From assembly GCA_030390025.1 (NCBI GenBank), contig CM059431.1, positions 131,690,001 through 131,754,000 of the forward strand: a stretch of 64,000 nucleotides of DNA, written 5' to 3'. Every line of letters starts with the position of its first letter. The first letter of the stretch is position 1. Both the position numbers and the translations under genes were made by a program. A model generated the notes under the pieces. That model had not been told where the DNA came from and did no database searches. It saw only the letters and a program-made list of their open reading frames with translations. Positions 23,836-37,100 of the stretch are shown piece after piece. The DNA comes from Squalus acanthias (lineage: Eukaryota).

Positions 23836-24540
23836 CAAATAATGGCAGGAGTAAAACCAAATTTGCTGAGTTAAATTTCAATGCTTCATTTTTTTCATTA
23901 TTTTCTCAGACTACCTGAAAAAAACTATTGCTTGATGGAAAAATGAAGAGTATTAATAACTTACATGAACATTCAGAGTTTTTAAAAAGAAATATACATG
24001 TATAAATTGCACTGGGCTGCTGAAGTCTTATTAGGGTATGGTAAAGAGCTTTCTACCGGTTAATCTATTAAGGAGGAAGGAAACAGAATTTCTTGTTAGG
24101 TTTTGATTACGCCATCAAAGGCGAATATAAAAAAAATCTTCAGAATTGTACTTGTTGACGTTTTGTTGCACTGATGAAACAATTTATTTCCTTGGATGTG
24201 TCATTTTTCACTGCCACCTTATCAAGATGTTCCAGCCATACCAGAATCACACTGGTAATTGCTTTAGTTGCTCTTGGCAAAGTTACATCAATGTCAGTCT
24301 CTAAATAACTCATGACTACTTTGTGTTGCAGAAAGCAGGAAATTTGCAGCAATTCAGCCGCTGTTTGTGCTCCATTCAGCTGGGGCGTATTGTTCAGTTG
24401 CTGCACACCAGAGTCCTGTTGTACCCTTTTCACTGTTCACCTTGTTCCCAGGAGAAAATACTTCCAGACTATGGAAAGACCTTTCCTGTGGTCTATGCAG
24501 TTTTCACTTACGCTCCAGTGTTCCATGCTAATTTCCCTGT

Positions 24541-25701
24541 AGGAACATAGGAACAGGAGAAGGCCATTCAGCCCCTCGAGCCTGTTCCGCCATTCAATGA
24601 GATCATGGCTGATCTGCGACCTAACTGCATATACCTGCCTTTGGCCCATATCGCTTAATACCTTTGGTTAACAGAAAGCTATCAATCTTCGATTTAAAAT
24701 TGAAAATTGATTTAGCATCAATTGCCGCTTGTGGAAGAGAGTTCCAAACTTCTACCACCCTTTGTGTGTAGAAGTGCTTCTGAAATTCACTCCTAAAAGG
24801 TCTGGCTCTAATTTTTAGACTATGCCCTCTAGTTCTAGAAACCCCAACCAGTGGAAAGAGTTTCTCTCTATCTACCCTATGGGCTGGATTTTCATTGACC
24901 CGTGGAGGCGGGTTTGGAGGCGTGTGGGAGGTTAAAATTGCGAAAACTGGCGGGCGGGCACAAGTCCGCCTCCATCCCGCCTCCACGCAATTTTCATTAA
25001 ATCGTGTCTGCTGGTCCCGACTCTGTCCCGCCTCTAAGAGGCGGGATAGGTTGTTAAGGCCCTTAACAAGCACTAAATTGCCTCTATAATGCCATTTTGA
25101 AAGGCCTTTGTGATTTTAACCCTTGTTCTACGTGAAGCACGCCTGTTCTGAACCACGATTGTGAAACCTGGCGGGAGCACTTTTGGATAGCTGACTATCA
25201 GTGGCTGGGCTGACTATCAGTGAGTGAGTGGCAGGCATCTGGGAGTGGTGGTGCAAAATATCTCTCTCTCTCTCTCTCTCTCTCTCCCCTTCCTCCTCCT
25301 CCCCCGCCCCGCCCCCCCGCTTTGCTACTGCTCATTTTGCATCCAGGTCCTCTCACAGCAAAGGCCAGGCAGTCTCTGAAGACCTTCAATGCAGCAGTAA
25401 TGATGACATCATCAGAGGCGACTTTCAGTCTGAAAACATTAATTGGTTCATGGGTTCCCACATGCTGGAACTCAATTGCCCAATTAGGTGAAAATCGCAT
25501 CAATCTCCCACATCCAATTGCAGTCGGGTGGATAACACGACCCCAACCCGCCCCAGTATCAAAATCCAGCCCAATCTGTTCCCCTTAATATCTTGAAAAC
25601 TTTGATCAGAATACCCCTTAACCTTCTAAATTCTAGGGAACACAACCCTGATTTATGTTATCTCATGTCATAACTTAACCCTTGAAGTCTGGGTATCATT
25701 C
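24541..25701 (-). mobile_element. CR1 LINE 3' end, interrupted by a Harbinger-type MITE
   Basis: RVDREKLFPLVGVSRTRGHSLK..FYTQRVVEVWNSLP; continues after 25572. Confidence 0.9.
24881..25572. mobile_element. PIF/Harbinger-type non-autonomous element
   Basis: TIR GGGCTGGATTTT / AAAATCCAGCCC; 3-bp flanks TAT/AAT; clean insertion into CR1. Confidence 0.8.
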
Positions 25702-26450
25702 ATTTTTTAAATTCATTCATGGGATGTGGGCGTAGCTGGCAAGGCCAGCATTTATTGCCCTTGAGAAGGTGGTGGTGAGCCGCCTTCTTGAACCGCTGCA
25801 GTCCATGTGCTGTTAGGCAGGGAGTTCCAGGATTTTGACACAGCGATGATGAAGGAACGGCGATATACTTCCAAGTCAGGATGTTGTGTGAATTGGAGGG
25901 GAACTTGGAGGTGGTGGTATTCCCATGCGTCTGCTGCCCTTGTCCTTCTAGGTGGTAGAGGTCATGGGTGGGAGGTGCTGCCGAAGAAGCCTTGGCGAGT
26001 TGCTGCAGTGCATCTTGTAGATAGTACACCGCAGTCACGGTACGCCGGTGGTGGAGGGACTGAATGTTTAAGGAGGTGGATGGGGTGCCAATCAAGCGGG
26101 CTGCTTTGTCTTGGATGGTGTCGAGCTTCTTGAGTGTTGTCGGAGCTGCACTCATCCAGGCAAGTGGAGAGTAGTCCATCACACTCCTGACTTGTGCCTT
26201 GTAGATGGTGGAAAGGCTTTGGGGAGTCAGGAGGTGAGACACTCGCCGCAGAATACCCAGCCTCTAACCTGCTCTTGTTGCCACAGTATTTATGTGGCTG
26301 GTCCAGTTAAGTTTCTGGTCAATGGTGACCCCTAGGATATTGATGGTGGGGGTTTCGGCGATGGTAATGCTGTTGAATGTCAAGGGGAGGTGGTTAGATG
26401 CTCGCTTGTTGGAGATAGTCATTGCCTGGCACTTGTGAGGCGCAAATGTT
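25702..26450 (-). mobile_element. LINE-A 3' portion
   Basis: LSTIYKAQVRSVMDYSPLAW..LDTIQDKAARLIG; tail ATGAATGAATTTAAAAAA. Confidence 0.9.
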
Positions 26451-27490
26451 CACCCTCCCCCTCCAGAATGCCCTGCAGCCGCCCCGAGACATCCTTGACC
26501 CTTGCAGCAGGGAGGCAACATACCATCCTGGAGTCTCGTTTGCGGCCACAGAGACGCCTATCTATTCCCCTTACAATAGAAGCCCCTATCACTATAGCTC
26601 TCCCGCTCTTTTTCCTCCCGTCCTGTGCAGCAGAACCACCCATGGTGCCAGGAAGTTGGCTGCTGCTGCCTTCCCCCGATAAGCCATCTCCCTCAACAAT
26701 ATCCAAAGTGGCATATCTGTCTGAGAGGGGGATGGCCACAGGGGACCCCTGCACTACCTGCCTGCGCCTACTACTCTGCCTGGCGGTCACCCATTCAGTT
26801 CCTGCCTGTGCAGCCTTTACCTGCGGTGTGACCAACTCATTAAACGTGCTATCCACGATGTCCTCAGCATCGCGAATGTTCCAGTATGTATCCATTCGCA
26901 GCTCCAGCGCCGCAATGCGGTCTGCCAGTAGCTGCAGCTGGATACATTTCCCGCACACATGGTCGTCAGGGACACAGGAAGTGTCCCTAATTTTCCACAT
27001 AGTGCAGGAGGAGCATGCCACGGGGCCGAGCTGTGCTGCCATGACTTACCCATTAATTAATTTAAATTAAATTAAATCAAATCAATACCACTAATTACAC
27101 TACAATTAAATGATAAACTCAAGGGCCCTTGTTTACTAGCACTCCCCGCTACACAACAGAGACCTTAGAAACTATAACCACAAAAATTAAGACCTACTAA
27201 ACTTTATAAACTATTAACCTTAACTGTCAAACTATAGAGTAGTATAAATACTCACCTGGCCGTACTCACCCAATCAACTGCTTCCTCTTGCCCGCGTCAC
27301 TTTTTGAATCGTGACGTGGCTCTGGAACGTCTGCGCGATTGGTAAGCCTCTGTAAAAAAGCCTGCGAAAGTGAGTTTAAATACTCACTGTTCTCTCCTGT
27401 TGCTCCCGACACCGGCCTCTGTAAAAAAAAAAGCCCCCGAAAGTGAGTTTAAATACTCACTGTTCTCTCCTGTTGCTCCCGACACCGGCA
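26451..27490 (-). mobile_element. CR1 5' portion: 5' UTR and ORF1 (Zn-finger/leucine zipper plus start of SGNH esterase domain); ATG at 27042
   Basis: CSSCTMW..CGKCIQLQLL..LELRM, IVIGASIVRGIDRRLCG..VCCLPAARVKDV. Confidence 0.88.
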
Positions 27491-27939
27491 TGAGGGGAGT
27501 AAGAAACACAGACACACAGGGTGAGAAAGTGAAATAGAGAGACTTGTAGCTGCAGTGATAGAAGTGGAGCAATCAATACATAGAGAGCAAAGAAGAGCCA
27601 CAGATAGAGAGGTAGAACCACAAATAGGGCCAGAGAGAAGAGAACCACAAGTACACACAAGGATATATCAGCATATATAGAGGGAGAGAAAACATAGGCA
27701 CACACAAGGGCAAGGTTTGGTTTTGGTTATTTATGGCTGTGGATGAACGTGTCACATTAGTGGAGCTGCCCATGAGGACATGGTTACAAAATGTGAAAAT
27801 AAAATCATTTTGCTCCAACAAAATTAGGTGTGCCCACCCCTGCTGGCCTAAACATGCCTCCAGTCCCACACCACATGGTTTACTTTTAGTGTCTTCTCAG
27901 TGGCTTAGCAAGCTACTCAATTGTTATAAAGAAATGGCA

Positions 27940-28118
27940 CTTGATGCTAGGTCAATTGTTAATTTTAAATCTGAGATTGATAGATTTCTGTTAACCAAAG
28001 ATATTAAGGGATATGGGCAAAGGTGGGTATATGGAGTTAGGTCACAGATCAGCCCTGATCTCATTGAATGGTGGAACAGGCTCAAGGAGCTAAAAGGCTT
28101 ACTCCTGTTCCTATGTTT
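27940..28118 (+). mobile_element. CR1 3' end fragment
   Basis: FKSEIDRFL..KGYG and 3' UTR ..CTCCTGTTCCTATG. Confidence 0.85.
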
Positions 28119-28725
28119 CAATGATAGCTGTTCAATATCACCACCAGGACAGTTGCAGTTCAAGAAGACAGTTCACCACCACCCCCAAAGAGCATATATG
28201 CCAGCATCACCGGTATCCCAAAAGCAAAAAAATATACAGTGTGGTGCACCAAGAGCTGCAATATCAACTCCTATTTCCACTTCTGTAAATGTGAGGGCCA
28301 TTTTCACTATCCTCTTGCATCACTGTCAATTTCGGGGTAGGCAGAGCTTCACTCGTCAACAATCTTCAATGATTAAAGTGTGAATATGTATAGTGGGCCT
28401 CTACAGAGTTTGCTTTGAAAGCAAAAAGTTTCTTTTTTGCTGTGGTTTTTATATATATATGATGTTATCACTGTTATCAGTGGAGACAACTTTTCCAGGT
28501 CAGCATTGAAATGAAAGTTGCAGCAATTCCAACATTGCTGCATAGAAACGTATCCTTCTTATCACTGAAGCATGTTAACTCTTAGCAGGACAGTATGCTT
28601 TGTAGAACCTCCTTCTCAAGGGAAGGTAAAGCTACCTGACCCAGTCCTGCTCAGCAGAAGTACATCCATCTCCTGTTCACCAATTACTGAAATATAGAGA
28701 CAGCTGAGAAGTCTGCAACTATGGA

Positions 28726-29148
28726 GTGTCAGCTTGGCTCAGTGTTAGCACTCTCACCCTTGGATGGTAGTTGTGGATGCCAGGACTTGAGCACATAATC
28801 TAGACTGACACTGTAGTGCAGTACTGAGGGAGTGCTGCATTGTTAGAGGTACAATCTTTTATATGAGATGTTAAACTGAGGCCCCATCTGCCTGTACAGG
28901 TCGATGTAAAAGATCCCATGGCACTTTTTAAAAATAAGTTCTTTCAGCATTCTGGCTAAATTCATCTCTCAATCAACACCACCAAAAAAGAGTCATTCTG
29001 TTGTGGGACCTTGCTGTGTGCAAACTGACTGCTATGTTTGCCTACAAAATAACAGTGACTACTCTTCAAAAGTAATTAATTGACTGTGAAGCACTTTGGG
29101 ACATGCTGAGGATGTGAAAGGTGCTATCGAAATACAAGTTCACTCTTT
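28726..29148 (+). mobile_element. Diverged DeuSINE
   Basis: TGGCTCAGTG head, GTACTGAGGGAGTGCTGCA core, tail GAAAGGTGCTAT..AAATACAAG. Confidence 0.8.
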
Positions 29149-30696
29149 CATCTGGAGCATGTGTTGTAGCAGAAGGCATCTAATAAGAAACTTAAAAACT
29201 CCAAACCTTCTTTGGACTTGGCTAATAGAACTGTGTGAAATCTTTTATTCTTATAGACGAGCAACAACCAGTTCAGATCCCAGGCCTGGATCCGTTTTCT
29301 CAACAGAACAACTACTTACCTGAGTAAACCTCGACACAGATTTGCACTGAAAGACAGCTTAGTGGTTATGTTACTAGACTAATAATCCAGAGGCCTGGAC
29401 TAATGATTCGGAGACATAAATTCAAATCTCAGTATGGCAGCTGGGGAATTTAAATTCAGTTAAAGAAATAATTCTGGAATAAAAAGCTAGTATCAGTAAT
29501 GGTGACCATGAAACTTACTGGATTGTTGTAAAAACCCATCTGGTTCACTAATGTCCTTCAGGGAAGGGAATCTGCCATCCTTACCCGGTCTGGCCTGTAT
29601 GTGACTCCAGACACATAGCAATGTGGTTGACTCTTAACTACCCTCTGAATTTGCCTAGCAAGCCACTCAGTTGTACCAAACCGCTACAAAGAAGTATACT
29701 AAGAAGAAAACCGGACGGACCACCCGGCATCGAACTAGGCACCGGACTCAACAGCAGCACGCCCAATCAACCCTGCAAAGTCCTCCTCACTAACATCTGG
29801 GGATTTTTGCCAAAATTGGGGGAGCTGTCCCACAGACTAACCAAGCAAGAGCCAGACATAGTCATACTCACAGAATCATAGTTTCAGCCAATGTCCCAGA
29901 CTCCTCCATCACCATCCCTGAGTATGTCCTGTCTCACCGACAGGACAGACCCACCAGAGGTGGCAACACAGTGGTATACAGTTGGGAGGGAGTGGCCCTG
30001 GGAGTCCTCAACATTGACTCCGGACCCCATGAAGTCTCATGGCATCAGAAATCCTGCTGATTACCATCTACTGCCCTCCCTCAGCTGATGAATCAGTAAT
30101 CCTCCATGTTGAACATCACTTGGAAGAGGCACTGAGGGTAGGAAAAGCACAGAACGTACTCTGGGTGGGGGACTTCAATATCCATCACCAAGAGTGGCTC
30201 AGTCGCACCACTATTGACTGAGCTGGCAGAGTCATAAAGGACATAGCTGCCATACTGGGCCTGCGGCAGGTGGTGAGAGAACCAACACGAGGGAAAAACC
30301 TACTTGACCTCTTTCTTCCCAATCTACCTGTCGCAGATGCATCTGTCCATGACAGTACTGGTAGGAGTTAAGTGACCACTGCACAGTCCTTGTGTAGACG
30401 AAGCAGCAACAGAATTGTATACCACCACAATCTGTGACCTCATGGCCCGGCATATCCCTCCCTCTACCATTACCATCAAGCCAGGGGACCAACCCTGGTT
30501 CAATAAGGAGTGTAGAAGAGCATGCCAGGAGCAGCACCAGGTGTACCTAAAAATGAAGTGCCAACCTGGGGAAGTTACAACATAGGATTATATACATGCT
30601 AAACAGTGGAAGGAGCATGCTATAGACAGAGCTAAGTAATCGCACAACCAATAGATCAAATCAAAGCTCTACAGTCCTGTCACATCCAGTCGTGAA

Positions 30697-30797
30697 CAAT
30701 GTTCCCCCTAAGGTACACAGCCACACACCAATCGGGAGGTCCCGCGCAGGCAATTTAAAGGGACTGCTCACCAAAAAAAACATTAGAGGGAACATTG
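30697..30797. mobile_element. 101-bp hAT-type MITE
   Basis: TIR CAATGTTCCCCCTAA / TTAGAGGGAACATTG (14/15); 8-bp TSD GTCGTGAA at 30689-30696 and 30798-30805. Confidence 0.9.
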
Positions 30798-31389
30798 GTC
30801 GTGAATGGTGGTGGACCATTAAACAACTATCGGGAGGAGGAGGTTCCATGAATATCCCCATCCTCAATGATGGTGGAGCCCAGCACGTGAGTGCAAAAGA
30901 TAACACTGAAGCATTTGCAACCATCTTCAGCCAGAAGTGCCGAGTGAATGATCCATATCGGCCTCCTCCTGAGGTCCCCACCATCACAGAAGTCAGTCTT
31001 CAGCCAATTCGATTCATTCCACAAGATAGCAAGAAACGGCTAAGCGCACTGGGTACAGCAAAGTCTATGGGCCCCAACAACATCCCCACTGTCCTGCTGA
31101 AGACTTGGGCTCCTGAACTAGCCGCACCTCTAGCCAAGCTGTTCCAGTACAGCTACAACACTGGCATCTATCCAAAAATGAGGAAAACTGTCCAGGTATG
31201 TCCTATCCATAAAAAGCAGAACAAATTCAATCCGGCCAATTACAGCCTACTCTCAATCATCAACAAAGTGATGGAAGATGTTTTTGACAGTGGTATCAAC
31301 CGGCACTTACTCACCAATAACCTCCTCAACGATGCTCAGTTTGGATTGCACCAGGACCACTCGGCTCCCGACCTCATTACAGCCTTGGT

Positions 31390-32730
31390 TAAGGAAGTGG
31401 TAGCAGGACATTTAGAAAATCATAATATAGTCAAGCAGAGTTTGCATGGTTTTATGAAAGGGAAATCATGTTTGACAAATTTGCTGGAGTTCTTGAGGAT
31501 GTAACAAACAGGGTGGATAAAGGGGAACCAGTAGATGTCGTGTATTTGGATTTCCAGAAGGCATTCGATAAGGTGCCACATAAAAGGTTACTACACAAGA
31601 TAAGAGCTCACTGGGTTGGGGGTAATATATTAGCATGGATAGAGCATTGGCTAACTAACAGAAAACAGAGAGTCGGGATAAATGGGTCATTTTCAGGTTG
31701 GCAAACTGTAACTAGTGGGGTGCCGCAGGGATCAGTGCTGTGGCCTCAACTATTTACAATCTATATTAATGACTTGGAACAAGGGACCGAGTGTATTGTA
31801 GCCAAATTTGCTGATGATACAAAGATAGGTGGGAAAGCAAATTGTGTGGAGGACGCAAAGAATCTCCAAAGGGATATAGATAGGCTAAGTGAGTGGGCAG
31901 GAATCAGCAGATGGAGTATAATGTGGGAAAATGCAAGGTTATCCACTTTGGTAGGAAAAATAAAAAAGCAAATTATTATTTAAATGGGGAGAGATTACAA
32001 AATGCTGAGGTACAGAGGGATCTGGGGGTCCTTGTACATGAATCACAAAAAGTTAGCATGCAGATACAGCAGGTAATTAGGAAGGCAAATGGAGTGTTGG
32101 CCTTTATTGCAAAGTGAATGGAGTATAAAAGTAGGGAAGTCCTGTTACAACTGTACAGGGCGTTGGTGAGACCACACCTGGAGTACTGTGTACAGTTTTG
32201 GTCTCCTTATTTAAGGAAGGATATACTTGCATTGGAGGCAGTTCAGAGAAGGTTCACGGGGTTGATTCCAGAGATGAAGGGTTGTCTTATGAAGAAAGGT
32301 TGAGCAAGTTGGGCCTATACTCATTGGAGTTCAGAAGAATGAGAGGGGATCTTATTGAAACATATAAGATTCTGAAGGGGCTTGATAGGGTAGATGCAGA
32401 GAGGATGTTTCCCCTCGTGGGGGAATCTAGAACTAGGGGGCATAATTTCAGAATAAGGGGGCACCCATTTAAAACGGAAATGAGGAGGAATTTCTTCTCT
32501 CAGAGGGTCGTGAATCTTTGGAATTCTCTTCCCCAGAGAGCTGTGGAGGCTGCGTCATTGAATATATTTAAGGTGGAGATAGACAGATTTTTGAAAGGTA
32601 AGGGTTATGGGGAGCGGGCAGGGAAGTGGAGTTGAGGCCAAGATCAGATCAGCCATGATCTTATTGAATGGTGGAGCAGGCTCAAGGGGCCAAATTACCT
32701 ACTCCTGCTCCTACGTCTTATGTTCTTATG
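31390..32730 (+). mobile_element. 5'-truncated CR1 inserted in LINE-A
   Basis: [46 protein letters not shown] at 31385-31389 and 32731-32735; close relative of 44045-45403. Confidence 0.95.
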
Positions 32731-33286
32731 TTGGTCCAAACATGGGCAAAAGAGCTGAATTCCAGAGGTGAGGTGAGAGTGACTGCCCTTGACATCAAGG
32801 CAGCATTTTACCGAGTGTGGCATCAAGGATCCCTAGAAAAATTGAAATCAATGTGAATCAGGGGGAAAACTCTCCACTGGTTGGAGTCTCACCTAGCTGA
32901 AAGAAAGATGGTTGAGGTTGTTGGTAGCCAATCATCTCAGACCCAAGACATCGCTGCAGGAGTTCCTCAGGACAGTGTCCCAGGCCCAACCATCTTCAGC
33001 TGCTTCATCAATGACCTTCCCTCCATCATAGGGTCAGAAGTTGGGATGTTCGCCGATGATTGCACCGTGTTCAGTTCCATTCGCAACTCCTCAGATAATG
33101 AAGCAGTCCGTGCCTGCATGCAGCAAGACCTTGATGACATTCAGGATTGGGCTGATGAGTGGCAAGTAACATTCATGTCACACAAGTGCCAAGCAATGAC
33201 AATCTCCAACAAGAGAGAGTCTAACCACCGCCCCTTGACATTCAATGGCATTACCATCGCCAAATCCACCACCATCAACATCCTGC

Positions 33287-33849
33287 CCATAGCCAGCCTG
33301 GCTGCCTGTTGGACGGGAAAGCCTGCAGCACAAGGCTGCAGCAGAGCTGAGAGCAAGTAAGTCTAGTTGGGGAGTGGGAGAGATTGTGGAGGTGGGTGGT
33401 GCTTGGGGAGAGCAGATGGTGGTCGGGGGGTCCGATCACTATGGGGGATGCGATCGCGGGGGTGGGGAGCAGACAGGTCACGGGGAGACAGATTACTGGT
33501 ACGCTTATTGGGCCTGGAGGAAATACTCATGCTCCTCCTGGCCCACAAGCAGTGCGTAAAAGGTGCTCACCTCATGGATTTAACCCTTCTCGCCTACTTT
33601 CACCTGCTGGGTTTAAACCTTGTGGTTAAAAATAAAATCACTGTTAAAATGAAAGCGTGCAGCCTCAGTAAAATATTTAAATGACCAACCCTCCTCCTGA
33701 GAGCGGATTGGTCGTCTGTCCCTCGTTCCACCTCCGTTAAAACCGGAAGTGGGCGAGTTTGAGGCAGATTGGGTTTCTGTTTCAGATTTTTAGCTCTTTA
33801 ACCTCCCACCCGAAACAAAGCACCTGTTTTTGAGGGTTAAAATGACCCC
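33287..33849 (-). mobile_element. Harbinger-type non-autonomous element end
   Basis: Ends TTAAAATGACCCC (reverse complement GGGGTCATTTTAA); subterminal similarity to 38834-39060. Confidence 0.6.
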
Positions 33850-34104
33850 TTTATTTCAATGGATGCCTTACTGGGAGTTCCATTCCGCAATAACCTCAAT
33901 TCCTGTTTATAGCTTTAAGATAGATGTATTTTTCTGTAGTTAGAATATTATGGAAAAGTTTCAGTTTATTTACAAAAAACAATTGCAACTGAAAGAAATA
34001 TTTTGTGGTTCTTTGTTTCCCTCAAGTATGTTTCATGATATTCACTTCATTCATGTAATAAATATATGTTTTTAACGTAAGTATCAAAAAAAGCTCTGGA
34101 ATCA

Positions 34105-37100
34105 AGTGTGTCGAGCCCTCAGTTTCACTATTAGTGTGTCGAACCCTCAGTGTCACAGTTAGTGTGTCGAGCCCTCAGTTTCACAGTTAGTGTGTCGAGC
34201 CCTCAGTTTCACAGTTAGTGTGTCGAGCCCTCAGTTTCACAGTTAGTGTGTCGAGCCCTCAGTTTCACAGTTAGTGTGTCGAGCCCTCAGTTTCACTATT
34301 AGTGTGTCGAGCCCTCAGTTTCACAGTTAGTGTGTCGAGCCCTCTGTTTCACAGTTAGTGTGTCGAGCCCTCAGTTTCACAGTTAGTGTGTCGAGCCCTC
34401 AATTTCACTATTAGTGTGTCGAGCCCTCAGTTTCACAGTTAGTGTGTCGAGCCCTCTGTTTCACTAATAGTGTGTCGAGCCCTCAGTTTCACAGTTAGTG
34501 TGTCGAGCCCTCAATTTCACTATTAGTGTGTCGAACCCTTAGTTTCACTATTAGTGTGTCGAACTCTCAGTTTCACAGTTAGTGTGTCGAACCCTTAGTT
34601 TCACTATTAGTGTGTCGAACTCTCAGTTTCACAGTTAGTGTGTCGAACCCTTAGTTTCACTATTAGTGTGTCGAGCCCTCAGTTTCACAGTTAGTGTGTC
34701 GAGCCCTCAGTTTCACTATTAGTGTGTCGAGCCCTCAGTTTCACAGTTAGTTTGTTGAGCCCTCAGTTTCACTATTAGTGTGTCGAACCGTCAGTTTCAC
34801 AATTAGTGTGTCGAACCCTCAGTTTCACAGTTAGTGTGTCGAACCCTCAGTTTCACTATTAGTGTGTCAAACCCTCAGTTTCACAGTTAGTGTGTCGAAC
34901 CCTCAGTTTCACTATTAGTGTGTCGAGCCCTCAGTTTCACAGTTAGTGTGTTGAACCCTCAGTTTCACAGTTAGTGAGTCGAACCCTCAGTTTCACAGTT
35001 AGTGTGTCGAGCCCTCAGTTTCACTATTACTGTATCGAGCCCTCAGTTTCACAGTTAGTGTGTCGAGCCCTCAGTTTCACTATTAGTGTGTCGAGCCCTC
35101 AGTTTCACATTTAGTGTTTCGAACCCTCAGTTTCACTATTAGTGTGTCGAACCCTCAGTTTCACAGTTAGTGTGCCGAGCCCTCAGTTTCACAGTTAGTG
35201 TGTCAAACCCTCAGTTTCACAGTTAGTGTGTTGAGCCCTCAGTTTCACTATTAGTGTGTCGAGCCCTCAGTTTCACAGTTAGTGTGTCGAACCCTCAGTT
35301 TCACAGTTAGTGTGTCGAGCCCTCAGTTTCACAGTTAGTGTGTCGAGCCCTCAATTTCACTATTAGTGTGTCGAGCCCTCAGTTTCACAGTTAGTGTGTC
35401 GAGCCCTCTGTTTCACTAATAGTGTGTCGAGCCCTCAGTTTCACAGTTAGTGTGTCGAGCCCTCAATTTCACTATTAGTGTGTCGAACCCTTAGTTTCAC
35501 TATTAGTGTGTCGAACTCTCAGTTTCACAGTTAGTGTGTCGAACCCTTAGTTTCACTATTAGTGTGTCGAACTCTCAGTTTCACAGTTAGTGTGTCGAAC
35601 CCTTAGTTTCACTATTAGTGTGTCGAGCCCTCAGTTTCACAGTTAGTGTGTCGAGCCCTCAGTTTCACTATTAGTGTGTCGAGCCCTCAGTTTCACAGTT
35701 AGTTTGTTGAGCCCTCAGTTTCACTATTAGTGTGTCGAACCGTCAGTTTCACAATTAGTGTATCGAACCCTCAGTTTCACAGTTAGTGTGTCGAACCCTC
35801 AGTTTCACTATTAGTGTGTCAAACCCTCAGTTTCACAGTTAGTGTGTCGAACCCTCAGTTTCACTATTAGTGTGTCGAGCCCTCAGTTTCACAGTTAGTG
35901 TGTTGAACCCTCAGTTTCACAGTTAGTGAGTCGAACCCTCAGTTTCACAGTTAGTGTGTCGAGCCCTCAGTTTCACTATTACTGTATCGAGCCCTCAGTT
36001 TCACAGTTAGTGTGTCGAGCCCTCAGTTTCACTATTAGTGTGTCGAGCCCTCAGTTTCACATTTAGTGTTTCGAACCCTCAGTTTCACTATTAGTGTGTC
36101 GAACCCTCAGTTTCACAGTTAGTGTGCCGAGCCCTCAGTTTCACAGTTAGTGTGTCAAACCCTCAGTTTCACAGTTAGTGTGTTGAGCCCTCAGTTTCAC
36201 TATTAGTGTGTCGAGCCCTCAGTTTCACAGTTAGTGTGTCGAACCCTCAGTTTCACAGTTAGTGTGTCGAGCCCTCAGTTTCACAGTTAGTGTGTCGAGC
36301 CCTCAGTTTCACAGTTAGTGTGTCGAGCCCTCAGTTTCACAGTTAGTGTGTCGAACCCTCAGTTTCACAGTTAGTGTGTCGAGCCCTCAGTTTCACAGTT
36401 AGTGTGTCGAACCCTCAGTTTCACAGTTAGTGTGTTGAGCCCTCAGTTTCACTATTAGTGTGTCGAGCCCTCAGTTTCACAGTTAGTGTGTCGTGCCCCC
36501 AGTGTCACAGTTAGTGTGTCGAGCCCTCAGTTTCACTATTAGTGTGTCGAGCCCTCAGTTTCACATTTAGTGTTTCGAACCCTCAGTTTCACTATTAGTG
36601 TGTCGAACCCTCAGTTTCACAGTTAGTGTGTCGAGCCCTCAGTTTCACAGTTAGTGTGTCGAGCCCTCAGTTTCACAGTTAGTGTGTCGAGCCCTCAGTT
36701 TCACAGTTAGTGTGTCGAACCCTCAGTTTCACAGTTAGTGTGTCGAACCCTCAGTTTCACAGTTAGTGTGTCGAACCCTCAGTTTCACTATTAGTGTGTC
36801 GAACCCTCAGTGTCACAATTAGTGTGTTGAGCCCTCAGTTTCACTATTAGTGTGTCGAACCCTCAGTTTCACTATTAGTGTGTCAAACCCTCAGTTTCAC
36901 AGTTAGTGAGTCGAACCCTCAGTTTCACAGTTAGTGTGTCGAGCCCTCAGTTTCACTATTAGTGTATCGAGCCCTCAGTTTCACAGTTAGTGTGTCGAGC
37001 CCCCAGTGTCACAGTTAGTGTGTCGAGCCCTCAGTTTCACTATTAGTGTGTCGAGCCCTCAGTTTCACATTTAGTGTGTCGAGCCCTCAGTTTCACATTT

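Larger units (their letters stand above)
29355..33286 (+). mobile_element. LINE-A with tRNA head, 3' end lost; carries a hAT MITE and a CR1 insertion
   Basis: Head TTAGTGGTTATGTTACTAGACTAATAATCCAG..TTCAAATC; ORF from ATG 29621 runs into APE (KVLLTNIWG..PDIVILTES); later RT motifs ALDIKAAF, FADD. Confidence 0.9.

Noticed and set aside
27733..28383. 216-aa ORF as a host gene
   Set aside because: Composite of unique sequence, a CR1 3' end and a decayed LINE-A tail; no coherent domain.
30692..31504. 270-aa ORF as a novel gene
   Set aside because: Chance read-through of hAT MITE, LINE-A and CR1 sequence.
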